Source: an uncultured archaeon (GTDB lineage Archaea; Asgardarchaeota; Lokiarchaeia; Sigyniarchaeales; SOKP01). Taken from it: a stretch of DNA of 20,708 bases. A model generated the notes under the pieces. That model was given only the letters and a program-made list of their open reading frames with translations, ran no database searches and was not told where the DNA came from. Made by a program: the position numbers and the translations under genes. Shown piece by piece: positions 16,764-20,708 of this stretch. Numbering within the stretch: position 1 is the first letter of the stretch; the number at the start of each line of letters is the position of its first letter. The DNA lies in the NCBI GenBank assembly GCA_964629395.1, contig CAZVTX010000021.1:1-20708 (forward strand), given 5' to 3'.

Positions 16764-18209
16764 ATGTTTAAAGAAGACGTTGAACTTGAAGAAAAAATTC
16801 CGGTAAGTGCTAAAATAGCGTATGGTGCTTCTAATTCTGCCCATGGTTTAATCTCCGGTATTGGATTGGGTGCAATTGATATATTTTATTTAAAAGCTAC
16901 GGCAATAACTCCTGCTTCAATGGCTTTATCATGGATGCTTTTTATTGTTTGGAATGCAATAAATGATCCATTAATCGGGATTGCTCAAGATAAAACTAAA
17001 ACTAAATTGGGAAGGCGGATTCCATATTTAAGATATGGGTCAATAATCTATGTGTTGACATTCATCTGGATTTGGTATCCCTTCATTAATGTTCAAGAAT
17101 TATTATTTTTGAATCATCTACTTATGCTGTTCGTTTTTGATACTGTTTATTCTATGATGGGGCTCATTTTTTATTCTATGCCTGCTGAAATGGCAATAAC
17201 TGCGAAGGAAAGAGGGAGTATAATGATTTATGCTACATTTCTTGGAGCCATAGGAACGATAGGCGTATTACTTGTTCCCCTAACATATTTAGGTGAAGTT
17301 CCTGATATTGAAGGTTTTAGAATTGCAATGATTATAATAGGGATAATATCTGGTATTATCATTTATCTATCGAGTTATTACATTAAAGAGAATAAATATA
17401 CGGTTCTCGAAGAATCACTGGGATTTTTTGAAAGTATAAAGGAGACATTTAAAAATAAACCATTTCTTATTGTTGAAATCGCTATTTTTGCCATGGTCGT
17501 CATGCAAAATATAATTACCAGTTATTTCATCTTTTTATTTGATTATCTTATCGATTTTTCGATGAATACTCTCAATGTTGTTTTATTTTTGATTGTTATT
17601 TTGATCTTAGCAATTTCGGTGTTTTGGCTGAATACGCATATCGAAAAATACGGCTTAAAAAAACTAATGATAATAACTGCGTTTGTAGCAATAATCGGTT
17701 TTTTAGCAACATTAATACTTGGTTTGGGACTTAATGTTAATCAAGAACATAAAATGCCTTTTTCTTTCTTTTTTGCACCTTTGGCTGCTATGTCATTTGG
17801 TTTAATTGGGTTCATGCTTTTAAGTCAACCTTTAATGGCAGATTGCATCGATAATGATGAATTATTAACCGGAAAAAGACGAGAAACGACTTATAGCGGA
17901 GTTAATGCATTATTAACAAAACCCGCGGTTTCTATAGGTCGTGCGGCATTTTTAATGATTATCCAATTTTATGGATACAAAAAAGGTATCGCTGATCCTT
18001 CAAAACAGCCGCTTTCAGTGGCTACGGGTGTTATTCTCGCTTTTACAATTGTACCAATCATTTGTCTTATAATTGGAATTATTGCATTAAAATATTTCCC
18101 ATTAGACGGTAAGGAATGGTATGAAAAGAAAAAGAAGCTCCACATGATTCATTTACAAAAAGAAAAAGAATTTGCGGAATATTTAAAAAGAGAAGGAAAA
18201 TTAAAATAA
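16764..18209 (+). CDS. MFS_2 / glycoside-pentoside-hexuronide (GPH) family cation symporter
   Basis: 481-aa polytopic ORF with GPH signatures: WNAINDPLIGIAQDKTKTKLGRRIPYL in loop 2-3 and ADCIDNDELLTGKRRETTYSG in the second half. Confidence 0.8.
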   Translation: MFKEDVELEEKIPVSAKIAYGASNSAHGLISGIGLGAIDIFYLKATAITPASMALSWMLFIVWNAINDPLIGIAQDKTKTKLGRRIPYLRYGSIIYVLTFIWIWYPFINVQELLFLNHLLMLFVFDTVYSMMGLIFYSMPAEMAITAKERGSIMIYATFLGAIGTIGVLLVPLTYLGEVPDIEGFRIAMIIIGIISGIIIYLSSYYIKENKYTVLEESLGFFESIKETFKNKPFLIVEIAIFAMVVMQNIITSYFIFLFDYLIDFSMNTLNVVLFLIVILILAISVFWLNTHIEKYGLKKLMIITAFVAIIGFLATLILGLGLNVNQEHKMPFSFFFAPLAAMSFGLIGFMLLSQPLMADCIDNDELLTGKRRETTYSGVNALLTKPAVSIGRAAFLMIIQFYGYKKGIADPSKQPLSVATGVILAFTIVPIICLIIGIIALKYFPLDGKEWYEKKKKLHMIHLQKEKEFAEYLKREGKLK

Positions 18210-18211
18210 TT

Positions 18212-19603
18212 CTATTCTTTATTTTTTAACTCTATTTTTTTGAATATTAGAATTGAAATTATAATAAATAAAGCACCTAGAGTAAGAATAAATCCATAAG
18301 ATATTCCTGCCTCAGAACCGAAAATTTCTAAAAAAATAGAAATAATTCCCATAGCGGTCCCAGATGCTAATGAACCCGTCATTGTAAAAGCGCCCGAATA
18401 GGATCCGCTTAAATTTTTCCCTGTTTTTTGTTCCTCAGCATCAATTAATTCTGCCATGATTGCAAAAGGAAAAATCATTGTTCCTACTAGCGACGATAAA
18501 CAAAGTGAAAGTAGAATTAGTCCTATTCCGAAAATAACTTCATGGGGCATAGGAACTAAAAGAATTAATACGAGAGAAAATGAAAAAGCAGCATATATTA
18601 AGCAAATCATCATAGTTTTCTTTAAGCCAAACCTTTTGGATATCTTTTTCCAAATAATAAATGAAATCGCTGCAAATGATAAAGATACTCCCCCCATAAT
18701 ATAAAATTCTGACCCTCTTAATTGAATTAGAAAAGTTCCCATTGGGATTATAAGATATTGAAAAGCAACGAAAGGAATCCAAAAAAGAAAAAATGCAATT
18801 AAAAATAATCTAAAATTACGATCTTTTATTGGATTCTTTAAATTATCCAATATTTTCACTTTAGAATTATTCGATTTCTGATTCTTTTCAGGGATTTTTA
18901 TTCTCCAAATCATAAAAAAACCGAGTATTATGAAGGATATGCCTAAAATTACTGTTAAAATTTGGATTTGAGCAAAAATGGTTCTACCTTCTATGGAATT
19001 GGGATAAAAAAGATCAGGATCATCTCGGGATAAATTTTCGGTATTTTCTCCCATTAAGATTATCGGAATTATTACTCCAATGACTGTACCCAAGATAGTC
19101 ATCATCATATTAATCATAGATGTTTTAATTCTATTTTGCTGTTCTGTACTAATTTCTGGCAAGTAAGAATAAAGAGTTGGCTGAAAAAATCCTACAAAAA
19201 TTCTAAATGTTAATATAAAGATTGCTAACCAAATCACTAAAGGAATAAATGGTTCACCGAAGGTGGTCGACGGAATTGGCGGAAACCACATTAATATGAA
19301 TGCAATTGCCACGATTGGAATTGATACTAATAAAACTTTTTGTTTTCCGATTTTATCACTTAAAGCTCCTCCGAAAAGGCAAACAAAAGCATAAATATAT
19401 AAAGCAATTGAATATAGTCCTCCTGCAATTATTGGCGGCTGACCTAAGATATTAATATAAAAAATTAGCGTAAATGATATACAAACGCTAAAAACTGAAT
19501 ATAATCCTAAATTTGGAAGCCCATATATTAAAGCTTCTTTAGTTGATAATATTTTTTCTTCTTTTTCATTAATTTTTTCTGTTTCCAAGAAAATTCCCTC
19601 CAA
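18212..19603 (-). CDS. MFS_2 / GPH-family transporter (paralog of 16764-18209)
   Basis: 463-aa polytopic ORF with GGALSDKIGKQKVLL (motif A-like) and AELIDAEEQKTGKNLSGSYSG, the same second-half GPH motif as its neighbour. Confidence 0.75.
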   Translation of the reverse strand: MEGIFLETEKINEKEEKILSTKEALIYGLPNLGLYSVFSVCISFTLIFYINILGQPPIIAGGLYSIALYIYAFVCLFGGALSDKIGKQKVLLVSIPIVAIAFILMWFPPIPSTTFGEPFIPLVIWLAIFILTFRIFVGFFQPTLYSYLPEISTEQQNRIKTSMINMMMTILGTVIGVIIPIILMGENTENLSRDDPDLFYPNSIEGRTIFAQIQILTVILGISFIILGFFMIWRIKIPEKNQKSNNSKVKILDNLKNPIKDRNFRLFLIAFFLFWIPFVAFQYLIIPMGTFLIQLRGSEFYIMGGVSLSFAAISFIIWKKISKRFGLKKTMMICLIYAAFSFSLVLILLVPMPHEVIFGIGLILLSLCLSSLVGTMIFPFAIMAELIDAEEQKTGKNLSGSYSGAFTMTGSLASGTAMGIISIFLEIFGSEAGISYGFILTLGALFIIISILIFKKIELKNKE

Positions 19604-19741
19604 AATTTTAAAAATTTTTTAAAATCAATCAACAAAAAATTTAATTTTTAAAAAAGTTAATCATATTAACAAATTTGTATAATATAAAAAAAATATCTAT
19701 TTGAAAAAATTAATGCTAACAATCGTTAATTCTGCGTGATA

Positions 19742-20233
19742 CTATTTGTCTGGGGCTCTTCTACCAAGCCATTTTTCATAAAAAGTATCGATATCCGGTA
19801 AAAAGTTGAATATTACGGGATATCCAGGCGGCACTGACTCAGTATCAAGTAATGTAAAACAATTCGGGCAATAAAATTCTCTCAATTCCATCCAATCCGG
19901 ATGACTGCTCATATATTTAGGATAAAGTTCTTCTAAAGATTCAAAAATATCTCTTAAACGAATTCTACATTTGGTTTTCCAATTTTCTCTATAATTTCCA
20001 AATTCAAAACCACAATCGCATTTTACGATCCTTTCTCCATTCTTAGCCACGATATAGAGATGCTCATGCAGAGGAAGTAAAATTTTTTCATCCCAAGACA
20101 CTTTTTCTTGTAATATTTCTATTATTTTATCAAATCGATTTGGATCTTTTTTATCACTAATTATAGGTTTTAATTCTTCCCAAGTTAATTCCCCTTTTAT
20201 CATCCTCTCTAAAGTTTTTTTATCTTCATTCAT
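19742..20233 (-). CDS. Acetone/acetophenone carboxylase gamma-subunit family protein (AcxC-like)
   Basis: Zinc-type cysteine pairs CDCGFEFG and FYCPNCFTLLDTESVPPGYPVIFNFLPDIDTFYEKWLGR match the AcxC family pattern. The preferred start is ATG 20233 (MNEDKK), which has GAGGTGG 6 nt upstream. The ORF-track start at 20266 is less likely. Confidence 0.75.
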   Translation of the reverse strand: MNEDKKTLERMIKGELTWEELKPIISDKKDPNRFDKIIEILQEKVSWDEKILLPLHEHLYIVAKNGERIVKCDCGFEFGNYRENWKTKCRIRLRDIFESLEELYPKYMSSHPDWMELREFYCPNCFTLLDTESVPPGYPVIFNFLPDIDTFYEKWLGRRAPDK

Positions 20234-20708
20234 TTTCATCCACCTCATCTTTAAATTTAAAATCATTCGGTAATTTCCAAAATTCTAAAAACTCTTCAGC
20301 CCATTTTTCGGATAATTCTAAACTTTCTCTATACATACTCCGAACTGCTTCATACAAATTGTTTTCTATTAATTTTTTACGTTCATATTCCCAAAATTCT
20401 TCAAAAGTCATGGATTTTTCTTTTCTCTCTAATTTTATTTCCTCTCGTCTTTTTTTAGTAGCCGTTTCATCAATTATCCATTCCATTTTCTCATCGTCAT
20501 AATTGGCAACTACTCCGTATACATTATATACAATATCTTTAGTATATATCTCGTCATCAAGATCTTTTTTAACAAGCTCTAACTTACGTTCAAGAGGATC
20601 TCCATAACCAGGACCTCCACTGAGAGCAAAATAAATTATATCATAATTTTTTAACATTATAGGATAAATTAAATTTTGATGCATTCTCGTAATTTCTGCT
20701 TTTAATAA
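20226..20708 (-). CDS. Hydantoinase B/oxoprolinase family protein (acetone carboxylase alpha-like), C-terminal fragment; the gene continues beyond the window
   Basis: SGGPGYGDPLERKLELVKKDLDDEIYTKDIVYNVYGVV is the typical HyuB C-terminal motif (GGGGyGdP.eR....V..D......s...A...YGVv). The frame stays open from 20684 to the window edge (LLKAEITR upstream of the first Met), and the 3' end overlaps the gamma gene start by 8 nt. Confidence 0.8.
   Translation of the reverse strand, partial: LLKAEITRMHQNLIYPIMLKNYDIIYFALSGGPGYGDPLERKLELVKKDLDDEIYTKDIVYNVYGVVANYDDEKMEWIIDETATKKRREEIKLERKEKSMTFEEFWEYERKKLIENNLYEAVRSMYRESLELSEKWAEEFLEFWKLPNDFKFKDEVDENE
20240..20246 (-). promoter_or_regulatory. Shine-Dalgarno GAGGTGG for the gamma-subunit gene
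   Basis: The minus-strand mRNA reads GAGGUGGAUGAAAAUG, placing the motif 6 nt from ATG 20233, within the 3' end of the upstream HyuB-like gene. Confidence 0.55.

Noticed and set aside
18456-18782. ORFs 18456-18704 (+) and 18540-18782 (-, alternative frame) inside the second MFS_2 transporter gene
   Set aside because: They overlap a 463-aa transporter ORF carrying family motifs, and neither has features of its own.
1-20708. Scan for CRISPR arrays, tRNA/rRNA genes, IS elements or transposases, integrases, long direct or inverted repeats, and toxin-antitoxin or defence operons
   Set aside because: I saw no periodic repeat-spacer structure, no GC-rich structured-RNA islands in the intergenic regions, and no transposase- or integrase-like ORFs. 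The lone RHH protein has no adjacent toxin partner.

Overview
This is an AT-rich archaeal chromosomal segment (about 30% GC by eye), densely coding, with 25 supportable protein genes. I found no tRNA, rRNA, CRISPR array, IS element or large repeat. All identifications rest on motif and pattern recognition from the translated ORFs; no searches were run.

Layout:
- Left (126-3243): a URO-D/MtaA-like protein, a 12-TM MFS-like protein with a C-terminal longin/roadblock-like domain, and a convergent stand-alone Roadblock/LC7 gene.
- Centre (3540-9861): the conserved archaeal information-processing neighbourhood Rpo7(E')-Spt4-DUF359 dephospho-CoA kinase-eS24-eS31(S27ae)-Kae1-Bud32. It is followed by a small RHH protein, L7Ae-eS28, Rpo10(N) and eS6-eL24.
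- Right (10013-20708): a hypothetical protein with an N-terminal gelsolin-like pattern, fused Fae-Hps, and an 832-aa protein with TrmB-like ends split by about 600 aa of proline-free predicted coiled coil. Then come a D-aminoacylase, two tail-to-tail GPH/MFS_2 transporter paralogs, and an acetone-carboxylase-like gamma subunit with the C-terminus of a HyuB-type alpha subunit running off the window.

Roadblock, longin-like and gelsolin-like domains beside an archaeal core in a very AT-rich genome suggest an Asgard (Loki-like) archaeon. That is inference only.

The candidates most worth follow-up are the MFS-longin/roadblock fusion, the giant TrmB-like coiled-coil protein and the gelsolin-like protein. 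Two sequence-level oddities also stand out: Kae1 and Bud32 lie in the same frame separated by one TGA, and Rpo7 lacks an in-frame start codon.
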